Assembly: GCA_951406725.2 (NCBI GenBank)
Contig: OX597840.1
Location: 4,216,001-4,280,000, forward strand
Source of the DNA: Octopus vulgaris
Lineage: Eukaryota
Direction: 5' to 3'
Length of the DNA: 64,000 nt
Under the pieces are notes generated by a model, which made no database searches, was not told the DNA's origin, and was given only the letters and a program-made list of their open reading frames with translations. Shown here piece by piece: positions 1 to 13,461 of this stretch (positions are counted from its first letter, which is position 1; the number at the start of each line of letters is the position of its first letter). Both the position numbers and the translations under genes were made by a program.

Positions 1-330
1 AGATGGACACTGAGAGATAGACAGACAGATACAGAGAGAGAGAGAGTATTTCTTTATTCACCATAAGGTTGAGAAAAAGAGGGGACAATACGGGGACAGA
101 CAAAACAAACGTTGGGGGTCAGGGTATCGAATGAGACGAAACGTATGAATAAACAAACAATTAAAATATATACAATTAAATGAGAATGAGTGATTAACAA
201 AAAATGAAGCAGAGGACGCGGTTGACCCCACAAACCACAAACTCACACTGAAGACTTTGCTTTCTCCTTTTTTACATTCTCGATTAAACAGGTTCTTTCA
301 CTCGCAACACACTTGCTACATACTTCCAAA

Positions 331-562
331 GGGCGGCGAGCTGGCAGAATCATTAGCATGCCAGGTGAAATGCTTAGCGCTATTTCGTCTGTCTTTACGT
401 TCTGAGTTCAAATTCCGCCGAGGTCGACTTTGCCTTTCATCCTTTTGGGGTCGATTAAATAAGTACCAGTTACGCACTGGGGTCGATGTAATCGACTTAA
501 TCGGTCTGTCGGTCCTTGTTTGTCCTCTCTGTGTGTAGCCCCTTGTGGGCAGTAAAGAAATA
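331..562 (+). mobile_element. SINE family B (representative; also about 2447-2668, 29600-29830, 30975-31205, 41735-41965, 58100-58330, 61995-62225 on -, and 38528-38760 on +)
   Basis: GGCGGCGAGCTGGCAGAA head, GAGTTCAAATTC B-box, central GCCTTTCATCCTTT.GGGGTCGA..AAGTACCA block; many copies. Confidence 0.9.
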
Positions 563-693
563 GCTATAGACTTCCATCTTTTATGAAACACACTTTGCGA
601 CAGGCATTTCTTCTCCAAGAAGACAATGACGATCATTTTCAATGCTCATATGATGTCTGGACAAGGGTAGACACAAATACATATACATAGACA

Positions 694-728
<35 letters not shown>

Positions 729-732
<4 letters not shown>

Positions 733-1189
733 GTAGAGATTTCAAACTTAAAATCCTCAAAGCCACAGTCAAACCAATTCTACTATATGGCTCAGAAAGC
801 TGGACGTTATCAAAGAAGCTTGAGAGGCGGTTGGATGGAACTTACACTCGCCTCCTTATGAGAGCTCAAAATCTCTCGTGGAAGCGTCATTCAACCAAAA
901 TGCAAATATATGGGAAATTACCACCTGTGTCATCTCTTGTGAAAGGTAGAAGAGTCCAGTTTGCTGGACATTGTTGTAGAGCTGAAAATGAGGCAATTTC
1001 TACTCTTCTCCTCTAGAAGCCATCTACTCACGTTACCAGAGGGCGCACACTCTCCTACCCTGATGTAATCTCCAGGGATACAGGCATCCAGCAACAGGAC
1101 CTCCATAATGTTATGATGGACTGTGAAGTCTGGCGTAGCATGGTAAATTCCATTGTCTCGACCACGGTCAAACAATGATGATGATGATG

Positions 1190-1190
<1 letters not shown>
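729..1190 (+). mobile_element. RTE-like LINE 3' fragment with (TGA)n tail
   Basis: ILLYGSESW..RLDGTYTRLLM..FAGHC motifs; in-frame stop; second copy at 18498. Confidence 0.85.
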
Positions 1191-1274
<84 letters not shown>

Positions 1275-3918
1275 TGCAAGCACGCATGTATATGGTTGAG
1301 TCTCACTGTGTGGAACCTTGGGCAAGTATCTTCTACTATAGCCTCAAGCTGACCAAAGCCTTGTGAGTGGATTTGGTAGAGGGAAACTGAAAGAAGCCTG
1401 TCATGTGTGTGTGTGTATATTTTCTTTTACTTGTTTCAGTCATTTGACTGCGGCCATGCTTGAGCACCGCCTTTAATCGAGCAACTCAACCCCAGGACTT
1501 ATTCTTTTTGTAAGCCCAGTACTTATTCTATTGGTCTCTTTTGCCGAACCGCTAAGTGACAGGGACATAAACACACCAGCATCGGTTGTCAAGCGATGCT
1601 AGGGGGACAAACACAAACATACACACATACATATATACACATATATACGACAGGCTTCTTTTCAGTTTCCGTCTACCAGATCCACTCACAAGGCTTTGGT
1701 CGGCTCGAGGCTATAGTAGAAGACACTTGCCCAAGGTGCCACGCAGTGGAACTGAACCTGGAACCATGTGGTTGGTAAACAAGCTACTTACCACACAGCC
1801 ACTCATCTTTTGTCTTTTATATTTTACTGGTTTCAGTCACTTGGCTGTGACCATGCTGGAGCACCACCTCAAAGGGGTTTTAATCGAACAAATCAACTCC
1901 AGGACTTACTTTTCAGCCTTGTACTTATTCTAACATTCTCTTTTGCTGAACCGCTAAGTTGTCAAGCAGTGATGGGGTGACAAACACACATACACACACA
2001 CATATATGTGTATAATTTTGGGGACCATTGGGTATATGTCAGTTAGCATGTTGAGTAAAACATGTTCATAGTTTGGGCTGCTTGGTGTCATCCATGGTTG
2101 GGATATAGTTCCTCTGGATCTACATCAGGAATTCTGCAGTGTTAGTTGAGATAATTATAATTGATGAGGGAAATGGAAGACAGATTTGGCTCTAGTCTTT
2201 ATTCAGTACAACGATCATTTTGAAACATCCTGGCATAAGGCTAGCAATTTCAGGGGACAGGAAAGTCGATTACATCACCACCACCACCATCACCCCAGTG
2301 CTTAACTAATACTTATTTCATAGACCCTGAAAAGATGAAGACTAGAGCTGACTTAGCAGAATTTGAACTCAGATTGTAATGATGCATGAAATGCCACTAA
2401 GCATTTCCTCTGGTGCCAACTCGCCACCTTAACCATTTTGATACCTATATCTTTAGTACCCACAAGGGGCTAAACACAGAGAGGACAAACAAGGACAGAC
2501 AAACTGATTAAGTCGATTATATCGACTCCAGCGCGTAACTGGTACTTAATTTATCGACCCTGAAAGGATGAAAAGTAAAGTCGACCTCGGCAGAATTTGA
2601 ACTCAGAATGTAATGGCAGACGAAATACTGCTAAGCATTTTGTCCGGCATGCTAACATTTCTGCCAACGTTTTGATACCAACCCAGCTGAAACAGCCTCT
2701 GGTTCTGTAGTACAAATGTCCTGTTTTCAAAAGTTCTGAATTAAAATTTTCCACCAAACCTTAGTCACAATTTATGTTCCTAACACTAGCTTAATGATAA
2801 CTAAGTTATTTTACTAAATTCTTTGTTATATTCAAAGTAATTGAAAGAAACACAGAGCATCTCAACAGAAATAGGGTAACAAAAGGGTTAAAATATATAA
2901 TAGAGAAACAATTCTTAACCCTTTTGGTACCTACCCAGTTGAAACAGCCTCTGGTTCTGTAGTACAAGTGTTTTGTTTTCAGAAGTTCAGAATTAAAAAT
3001 CTTCCACCAAACCTTAGTCACAATTTATGTTCCTAATGCTAGCTGAATAACAACTAAGCTATTTTACTAAATTCTTTGTTATATTCAAAATTAATTGAAA
3101 GAAACACAGAGCATCTCAACAGAAATATGGTAACAAAAGGGTTAAGGAAGATCATAAAATCAGTTTCAAATATTAGCACAAGGCCAGCAATTTCAGAGAA
3201 GGGTTAGGTTGATTACATCAACCCCAGTGCTCAACTGGTGCTTATTTTATCGTTCCTGAAAGGATGAAAGGCAAAGTCAACCTTAGCAGGATTTGAACTC
3301 AGAACATAAAGATAGACAAAATACTGCTAAACACTTTTCCGGCATAGTAATAATTCTGCCAACTCACCGCCTTAAGGAAGATGATAATTTTAACATGATG
3401 CCTAGCATGTCTTAGACTCATGACTATTACATCATGTCACATCTCAAAGAACAGGAGATAGCTACACAACATCTAATGACCAAAAAAGACAGCAAAACTC
3501 TTAAACCCCTAAGAAGCAACAGTAAATGCTGTTAATGCCATTCTTCAGTGGAGGGCACATCACATGTAATCATTCATCAGCACTCAGTATCCGTTTTCCA
3601 AACTAGCATGGGTTGGACAATTCAACAGGAGCTGACAAACCAGAGGACCCACGCCAAGCTTCAATGTCTTCATGGATACGGTTTCTGCAGCGAGCTGCCT
3701 TTCCTAACACCACCCTCTTTACCGATGACTGGAAACACCCATCATATAATCAAGAAGATTTTCTTATCTTTTCTTGTCAAGGATCCCCTGTTAATCCTAT
3801 CTTTTCTACTATTACCCTCCGGCTGCACCTCTCCTACACATGGATCACAGTGGACTCTACTCTTGATGAGAAATCCTTGCAACACACCACGACGTCTAAA
3901 AAACCTTTGAACTTTATG

Positions 3919-4907
3919 TATAGATCGTTAGCCACTACACACATTTTTTTTCTCTCCTTGTTTTTTCTGTGTCCCTTTCTGTAGAAGAGCGTAGGCTCGA
4001 AACATAAAAGACATTTTCTATTCCTGAGCGTTATACTAATACATCTGTTTGTTTTGTACACCACCTGTCTTCGTCTTTTGTTTTATTTACTCTTTACTCT
4101 TTTACTCTTTTACTTGTTTCAGTCATTTGACTGCGGCCATGCTGGAGCACCGCCTTTAGTCGAGCAAATCGATCCCAGGACTTATTCTTTGTAAGCCCAG
4201 TACTTATTCTATCGGTCTCTTTTGCCGAACCGCTAAGTGACGGGGACGTAAACACACCAGCATTGGTTGTCAAGCAATGCTAGGGGGACAAACACAGACA
4301 CACAAACACATATACACACACATATATATATATATACATATATACGACAGGCTTCTTTCAGTTTCCGTCTACCAAATCCACTCACAAGGCATTGGTCGGC
4401 CCGGGGCTATAGCAGAAGACACTTGCCCAAGATGCCACGCAGTGGGACTGAACCCGGAACCATGTGGTTGGTTAGCAAGCTACTTACCACACAGCCACTC
4501 CTGCGCCTATGTGTATACTTTCTCTATATAACAATCTCTCTAGTGCAAGTGACATGATAAAATGCATCTAGTGCAATTCTGTAAAGCGAAGAGTCATATT
4601 TCATAACAGCAACTTTAGAGGGTTATTGAGTCCTTAATAGGACAAGATCTCATTGACTCTTCGCTTTACAGAATTGCACTAGATGCATTTTATCATGTCA
4701 CTTGCACTAGAGAGATTGTTATATAGAGAAAGTATACAAATAAAACAAAAGACGAAGTCAGGTGGTGTACAAAACAAACAGATGTATTAGTATAACGCTC
4801 AGGAATAGAAAAAGTCTTTAATGTTTCGAGCCTACGCTCTTCTACAGAAAGGGACACAGAAAAAACAAGGAGAGAAAAAAAATGTGTGTAGTGGCTAACA
4901 ATCTATA
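3919..4907. mobile_element. Inverted pair of Penelope-like terminal repeats (fold-back) interrupted by a SINE
   Basis: Arms 3919-4088 plus 4512-4596 are the reverse complement of 4654-4907; both carry GAAGAGCGTAGGCTCGAAAC. Confidence 0.7.
4089..4511 (-). mobile_element. tRNA-head SINE family A (representative; also about 1421-1805, 6136-6510, 17545-17945, 21450-22213, 25420-25960, 32665-33012, 42080-42476 on -, and 14163-14570, 45250-45690 on +)
   Basis: Head AGGAGTGGCTGTGTGGT...GGTTCAGTCCC (A/B-box-like), internal (TA/TG)n, tail (GAGTAAAA)n; many near-identical copies. Confidence 0.9.
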
Positions 4908-5399
4908 TATATATACATACACATATATATATACATATATATACATACATATACATACATATATATACATACATATACATACATATATATACATACATAT
5001 ACATACATATATATACATATATATACATACATATACATACATATATATACATATATATATATACATACATATATATACACATATATATATATATAAAATT
5101 CGATTAGAGGTTATGTTAGTCTCATGAAGGGATGCTATCATCCAAGAAAATACTGGTTCAATACCTAATATTTTGGTGGGGAATTGACTTGCTTAAAATA
5201 ATATATATATATATATATCATCATCATCATCATCGTTTAATGTCTGTTTTCCATGCTAGCATGGGTTGGACAGTTCGACCGGGGTCTGGGAAGCCAGAAG
5301 GCTGCACCAGGCTCCAGTCTGATCTGGCAGTGTTTCTACAGCTGGATGCCCTTCCTAACATCAACCACTCCATGTGTAGTGGGTGCTTTTTACATGCCA

Positions 5400-5443
<44 letters not shown>

Positions 5444-6098
5444 CACACGCACACACGTGTGTGTATGTGTGTAAAGGCACATGGCTCCGTAGATAGAGTG
5501 TCGGGTTCACAATCATGAAGTAGTGAGTTCGAATCCTGGACCAGGCTGTGTGTTGTGTTCTTGAGCAAGACACTTTATTTCATATTACTCCAGTTCTACT
5601 CAGCTGTAGAAATGAGTTGTGACATCACTGGTGCCAAGCTGTATTGACCTTTGCCTTTCCTTTGGATAACATCAATGGTGTGGAGAGGAGGGGCTGGTAT
5701 ACATGGGCGACTGCTAGTCTTCCATAAACAACTTTGCCCAGAATTGTACCTGGGAGGATAACTTTCTAGGTGCAATCCCACGGTCATTCGTAGCCAAAGG
5801 GAGTCTTTACCCTTACCCGTCATATATGTGTGTGGTGTGTCTTGTCTTTTACTTGTTTCAGTCATTTAGACTGCGGCCATGCTGGGGCACTGCCTAGAAG
5901 AATTTTAGTCAAACAGATCAGCGCCAGTACTTATTCTATCAGTCACATTCTGCTGAACTGCTAAGTTACAGGAACATAGACACACCAACACCGATTGTCA
6001 AGTAGTGGTGTCAAGTAGTGATGTGCAACAAATACAGACTCAAACACACACACGTGTATGTGTGTGTATATATATATATATGTATATGTATGTATGTG

Positions 6099-6135
<37 letters not shown>

Positions 6136-6505
6136 TTTTACTCTCTCTTTTTACTCTTTTACTTGTTTCAGTCATTTGACTGCGGCCATGCTGGAGCACC
6201 GCCTGTAGTGAAGCAAATCGACCACAGGACTTATTCTTTGTAAGCCTAGTACTTATTCTATCAATCTCTTTTGCCAAACAGCTAAATTACAGGGACGTAA
6301 ACAAACCCCCATCGGTTGTCAAGCGATGTTCAGGGGACAAACACAGACACACACACATACATATATACGATAGGCTTCTTTCAGTTTCCATCTAACAAAT
6401 CCACTCACAAGGCTTTGGTTGGCCCGAGGCTATAGTAGAAGACACTTCCCCAAGGTGCCATGTGGTTGGTAAGCAAGTTACTTACCACACAGCCACTCCT
6501 GCGCC

Positions 6506-6540
<35 letters not shown>

Positions 6541-7840
6541 GTGTAAATGGGCTTCTTTCTGTTTCCATCTACCAAACCCACTCACAAGGCTTTGGTCGGC
6601 CCGAGGCTATAGTAGTAGACACTTGCGCAAGGTGCCACGCAGTGGGACTGAACCCAGAACCAAGTGGTTGGTAAGCAAGCTACTTACCACACAGCCACTC
6701 CTGCACCTTTTTATATATATATATATATACACATACACACGTGTAAATGGGCTTCTTTCAGTTTCCATCTACCAAATGCACTCACAAGGCTTTGGTATGC
6801 CCAAGGCTATAGAAGAAGACACCTGTCTAAAGTAATGTGCAATGGGACTGATCTCGGAACCATGTGGTTAAGAAGAAAACTTCTTACGACACAGCCACAC
6901 ATAATCATGTCAGTTTTCCCTTATTGGCACGGAGCGGACAGTTTGACAGAATCCGGCGGGCCACAGGGCCGTGTCAAGAACCAACGTCAACTTTGGCATG
7001 GTTTCTTGAGCGGGATACCATTCCTATCTAACACTATATAATTCATACTTTATATATAATGCAATGACTATATACATACATTCACATAAAATGCAAAGCT
7101 ATATTCATACTTTAGATATATATATACATATATATGTATAAACACACAAGTTAAATGGAGATGTAGACATTTCTGTGTAGCTATGAGCTTCACTCGCCAA
7201 CCATGTGGTCTCCGGTTCAGTCCCTCTCCGTGTCAACATAGGCAAGAGTCAGCTACTTTAACACTGGGTCAACTAAAATCTTAGTATGGTTATAGAATTA
7301 GTTTCTTCACACATGTAATAGAGTATTAGTGTTCCTCACATAACACTTGTATTCTTAACGTAATTTGGGAGCAGAATTAGAGTGAGATGATCGAGACTTC
7401 TTCGATTCAACTGCAAAGCCCGGAAGAATATAAGACGATGGTAAATGATATTTGTCCAAGATGATATACAAAAGGGTTCGAACTCGGACCATCATGGCCG
7501 AGTCAACTTCTCGACGACTCGGAAGTGTTATACGAACATACACACACGCAAACACATAAATATATATATATATACACATCTGAAACACACACATGGATAT
7601 AAACATTACATATATATATGTATATACACTCACACATATATAGCACGTCACATACACCAATATATACACATATATGTAGACAGACACACAGATACACTCA
7701 TATATATATATATATATACATCTACGTTTATATAGAAAGACATACATACAGTATATACGCACGTAAATATACGTATATGAGTGTATAATATACATGTGTA
7801 TAATGTATTTGTGCATGTATGTAGATACATACATACACAA

Positions 7841-7896
<56 letters not shown>

Positions 7897-8179
7897 GCAA
7901 ATATACTGATGTCCATACATAAGTACACTCATACGTACACACCCACACAGAAACATATATACATATGTATGTAAACGTACACATATATACACACTCGTAG
8001 ACTTATACTCTGTAGTATATTATACACAAGGTATCCACATACATATAGATATAATTCATAATTAGCCAGACCAGAAAATGCGGGCCTTTCAGTACATCTT
8101 GCAGGGCTGTCCGTACGAAGAAGAATTTTGAAAAGTATTCTGAGATCTATTTCTCATGTTTGGGAGATGAGATGTACTT

Positions 8180-8225
<46 letters not shown>

Positions 8226-8363
8226 CATACATTATATATAGTCCAATGACTATATACATACATTCACATAAAATGCAAAGCTATATTCATACATTAGATA
8301 TATATATATATACACAGATAGATAGATATACATACATATATATATATACATAGATAGATAGAT

Positions 8364-8404
<41 letters not shown>

Positions 8405-8605
8405 GATAGATAGATATACATATATATATATGTATATATACATAGATAGATATACATATATATATATGTATATATATATAGATAGATATACATATATATG
8501 TATATATAGATATACATATATATATATATATGTATATATAGATAGATAGATATACATATATATGTATATATAGATATACATATATATGTATATATAGATA
8601 GATAG

Positions 8606-8645
<40 letters not shown>

Positions 8646-8827
8646 CGATAGATAGATATACATATATATATATGTATATATACATAGATAGATAGATAGA
8701 TATACATATATATATGTATATATACATAGATAGATATACATATATATATGTATATATACATAGATAGATATATATACACACACATATATATATATGTATA
8801 TATACATAGATAGATAGATATACACAC

Positions 8828-8858
<31 letters not shown>

Positions 8859-8873
8859 GATAGATAGATATAC

Positions 8874-8904
<31 letters not shown>

Positions 8905-8965
8905 GATAGATATACATATACATATATATACATATATGTATATATACACACACACATATATATAT
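8180..8965. repeat. Compound (TA)n/(TAGA)n microsatellite
   Basis: Direct reading. Confidence 0.95.
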
Positions 8966-9773
8966 AGGTGGGTAGGTAAATAGACAAATCGCTAGCTACA
9001 ATGTATATTCAGTGAATTGTGTGGGTGTTAAATGTATGATTTATACGAATGAATGTATATATACATATATATATAAATGTATGGATATACATACATAAAT
9101 ATGATCAAATATTATACATATATATGTATATAAATATATATATCACGAGCAAATGAAGGTGACTGTACGTGGTGCCTCTACCTGTTAGAAATAGCAGTTA
9201 AGTCTCCCTGAAATCCAAAAAAAAGAAGGCCACATTATCATTATATGATAATGAAGGCTTGGTATACCTTTAAATAAATATATATATATACATTTATAGG
9301 GGTGATCACAGCTGGAATGTCTTTGATCATGGGTTTGTCCGCTTGAATCAAGATTGACCTGTGGTTAAATAACAACAACATCGATATATAATATGTATGT
9401 ATATTTATATATGTATATATATATATATATACTAACCGTTTGTTAAATTGGGGGTTTAATTTCTCCCTCTTTTTCTTTCTTTCTTCCTTTCCTTGTCTTC
9501 CTTTGACTTCCTTTCTTTTTCCTTTTCTCTCTTCTTTCTCTCCTTTCTTTTTACATAAATTTATACTCACGTCTTTATGTATATATATATATGTATGTAT
9601 AATATATATATATATATGTATGTATATATGTATATATAATATATATATTTATGTATATGTGTATATATAATATATATCTATATGTATGTATATGTGTATA
9701 TATAATATATATATATATGTATATATAATATATATATGTGTGTATGTATATATGTATATATAATATATATATT

Positions 9774-9804
<31 letters not shown>

Positions 9805-9937
9805 GTAGGTGTATAAATGTTATATATGTACACTATAGAGTATATATGTATCTGTGAATGTGTGTGTTTGTGCGTATAAATGTAAGTATATATATATATA
9901 TGTGTGTGAGTATATATATGTGTGTGTATGTATATAT

Positions 9938-9978
<41 letters not shown>

Positions 9979-10469
9979 GTAGGTGTATATATTTAATATA
10001 GTACACTATAGTGTATATATGTATCTGTGAAAGTGTGTTTGTGTGTATAAATGTAAGTATATATATATATGTGTGTGTGTGTGTATATATATATATGAAT
10101 GTGTGTATATATATATATGAATGTGTGTGAGTATATATATATGTGTGTGTGTATGTTCCTGTGTGTGCGTGTATGTATGTATGTATGTGTGTATGTGTCT
10201 GTGTGCCTAAGTGTTATCTAGAATCCTATCTAGAAGAAAGAATAATCCCAGTTCTCCACCGCCTCCACCACACCAGCCTCCGCCGACACCGCCTCCACCG
10301 CAGATCTGGTCCCTAATTTTGTTGTTGTTGCTATTGCTGCTGCTGATGCTGTTGTTGTTGTTGTTGCTATTGTTGCTTGCTTCAAGTCCCGCGTCCATCT
10401 CATCTTCGTCGCCTCTTGCTGCCTTCTTTTCGCATCTGTCAACTCCATACTTTAATACCTTCCATCTTT

Positions 10470-12180
10470 GTCCATATCTCTCTCTCTCTCTCACCCTCTC
10501 TCTATTTGTGTCTTTATCTCTCTCTCACTCTCTCTATTTATGTCTTTATCCCTCTCACTCTTTCTCTCACACTCTCTCTATTTATGTCTTTATCTCTCTC
10601 ACACTCTCTCTATTTGTGTCTTTATCTCTCCCACTCTCTCTCATTCTCTCTGTATTTGTGTCTTTATCTCTCTCTCACTCCCTCTATTTATGTCTTTATC
10701 TCTCCCACTCTCTCTCTATTTGTGTCTTTATCTCTCTCCCACTCTCTCTCACTCTCCCTCTATTTGTGTCTTTATCTCTCTCTCTATTTATGTCTTTATC
10801 TCTCTCACCCTCTCTCTATTTGTGTTTTTATCTCTCTCACACTTCCTCTCTATTTGTGGCTTTATCTTTCTTTCACTCTCTCTATTTATGTCTTTATCTC
10901 TCCCACACTCTCTCTATTTGTGTCTTTATCTCTCCCACTCTCTCTCTATTTCTGTCTTTATCTCTCCCACTCTCTCTCTATTTCTGTCTTTATATCTCCC
11001 ACTCTCTCTCTATTTCTGTCTTTATCTCTCCCACACTCACTTTCTCTCTTTGCCTCTGTTTTTATCTCTTCCTTACTCTTTCTCTCTCTCTCTCTCTCTG
11101 CTTGTCTTTCACTTGCCTTCCACTCCTTCTTTCTCTCTCCCTCACTCTTTCACTCTCCATCTTTGCCTTTCAAATGCTTTCACTCCCCCTCTCTATTTCC
11201 ACACGCTTTCTCTCCCTCACTCACTCCCTCTCTCTCATCTTCATACTCTCACCCTTTCCCCGTCAGCCATTCTCACACTCATTTCACTCTGACTATTTTC
11301 CATTCGTCCTCATTTTTTCATTCTCTCTTCTGATAACCTCCATATTTTGTCACTGTTTACGTTTTTTCACTCTTTCTCTCTTATCTGTGTCATTATATTT
11401 CTTCCTCTCCCTTCTCTCTCTGTTTCCCCCTCTTTTCATTTTACCTCCCTCTATACTTCTTTATCTCTCTCCTCTCTCTGTTTCTTACTCCCTCTCTGTA
11501 CCTTTATGTATCTCCCTCTATACTTCAACTCTCCGTGCTGCTCATTCTATCTGTTTATCTCTCTCCTCTCTCTATTTCTCACTCCCTCTCTGTACCTCTA
11601 TGCTTCAGCTCTCTTCCTCTTTCCGTGATGCTCACTCCCTTTATGTGTCTCCCTCTACGCTTCAGCTCTCTTCCTCTCTCCGTGATGCTCACTCCCTCTG
11701 TTTATCTCTCTCCTCTCTCTGTTTCTCACTCCCTCTCTCTACTTTTATGTATCTCCCTCTATGCTTCAGCTCTTTTCCTCTCTCCTTGATGCTGACTCCC
11801 TCTCTTTAGCTCTCTTTTCACTCTGTTTTTCACTCCGTCTCTGTACCTTTATATATCTCCCTCTATGCTTCAGCTCTCTTCCCTCTCTGTACCTTTATGT
11901 ATCTCCCTCTTCCTCTCTCCGAGATGCTCACTCCCTCTGTTTATTTCTCTGTTTCTCACTCCCTCTCTGTACCTTTATGTATCTCCCTCTACGCTTCAGC
12001 TCTCTTCCTCTCTCCGTAATGCTCACTCCCTCTGTACCTCTATGTATCTCCCTCTTCCTCTCTTCGTGATGCTCACTCCCTCTCTTTATCTCTTTTCTCT
12101 CTCTGTACTTTTATGTATCTCCCTCTATGCTTCAGCTCTCTTCCTCTCTCCGTGATACTCACTCCCTCTCTTTATGCTGC
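10470..12180. repeat. CT-rich degenerate tandem repeats (two unit types)
   Basis: Recurring ctctctatttgtgtctttatctctc, then tatgtatctccctctatgcttcagctctc. Confidence 0.9.
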
Positions 12181-12366
12181 CTTACCTTCCTCAACTTTCT
12201 CCCTCTCTCTCATTCTATGTTTATCTTTATGTCTCTCTCTCCAATTCTATTTCTCTTTCTTTCTTAAGCTGTTAGTTTCTATATCTCTATAATTATATCA
12301 TCTCATATCTCTCGCGCTCTATTACTCCTACTTACCACGTTCCTTACGTACACCCATGATATACAC

Positions 12367-12410
<44 letters not shown>

Positions 12411-13050
12411 GAGTAAATGTTCCTTTATTTTTTTTAATTATATTACTAAATTAAGTCTTTATTTGTTGAAATTATAACATAATTTGAACAATAGTCTCAG
12501 TATTATTTTTTATTACCATTACTAAATAAATACTTATAAATACTTATAATAAAAGCAGCAGTTTTCAGTGTTATTACATCCCACATCCGTCGCTCTTAAA
12601 ATACAATTAAAGAAACAATTATTATTATTAATATTATTAACAATAATTGTGGCCTTTGTGCCTATGGTAAAGGCATTATCATCGTCTCCACCATCATTAT
12701 TAAGTAATAGTATCATTCACTGCTGAACTGAACTGCTTTCCGGTTACATCCTACCTCCTGTTTCTTTTTACCTCTTTCCCCTCCTCCTACATTAATCCTA
12801 TTTTGCTTTTGTACCGGACCTCTTATCCGTCATTCAAAACTCCGGAATTTCCAGAAATCCGGAGATATTGTTCAATTATATGCAATGTGTTGTATCCTGT
12901 ATTGAGTATACAGGCTCTGATCTTTAAAAGTAGTTAATTTGCATACGGTGTGTTGTGTTAAATATAGTTTTGTTGTTATGTAGATAAATAAAGATTAAAT
13001 ATACTCAGTTTTAGAATTGTATTAATGTTTAGTTTTCATCCTAAAACATA

Positions 13051-13461
13051 GGATCTTTTCGGTTTGACCAGCAGTTTTTTTAAATAATTTCCACGTAACT
13101 AAACACTTTTAAACTTCGTATACTGGTAGAATGTGTTTATAAAACATCTTTTTCTCTTGGTTTTATTGAGAAAATTCTATAGGTTGTAAGATATTTGTTG
13201 GGTTTTTTTTCTTCAATTTCTGCAATTTCAACCAATCAATGACGTCTATTGAGGTGAAAACATTGTGCCGTATGAACATGCCCCTCGTTTAAGAAACAGG
13301 TTGGGTTTATTTACATTTCTGAAGAAGAAAAAAGATGCCCTCCCCCCACCCCTAACCCTAAAACATTGAGATGCAATAGATCGATACTAGGGTCATAATT
13401 ATGGGTGACAATTTCATATGACACCACTAGAAAAAAACTGCCGTTCAAACTGAAAAGAGCC
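13051..13461. mobile_element. MITE with GGATC...GA(T/G)CC termini (further composite copy about 13611-14828)
   Basis: TIR GGATCTTTTCGGTTTGACCAGCAGTTTTT / AAAAACTGCCGTTCAAACTGAAAAGAGCC. Confidence 0.8.

Noticed and set aside
7355-8987. 200-245-aa Tyr/Ile ORFs (similar ones at 52023-52409 and 55677-56363)
   Set aside because: (TA)n/(TG)n microsatellite translations
10211-11809. 532-aa plus-strand ORF and overlapping ORFs
   Set aside because: CT-rich tandem repeat lacking stops by composition; Leu/Ser-dominated translation with no domain
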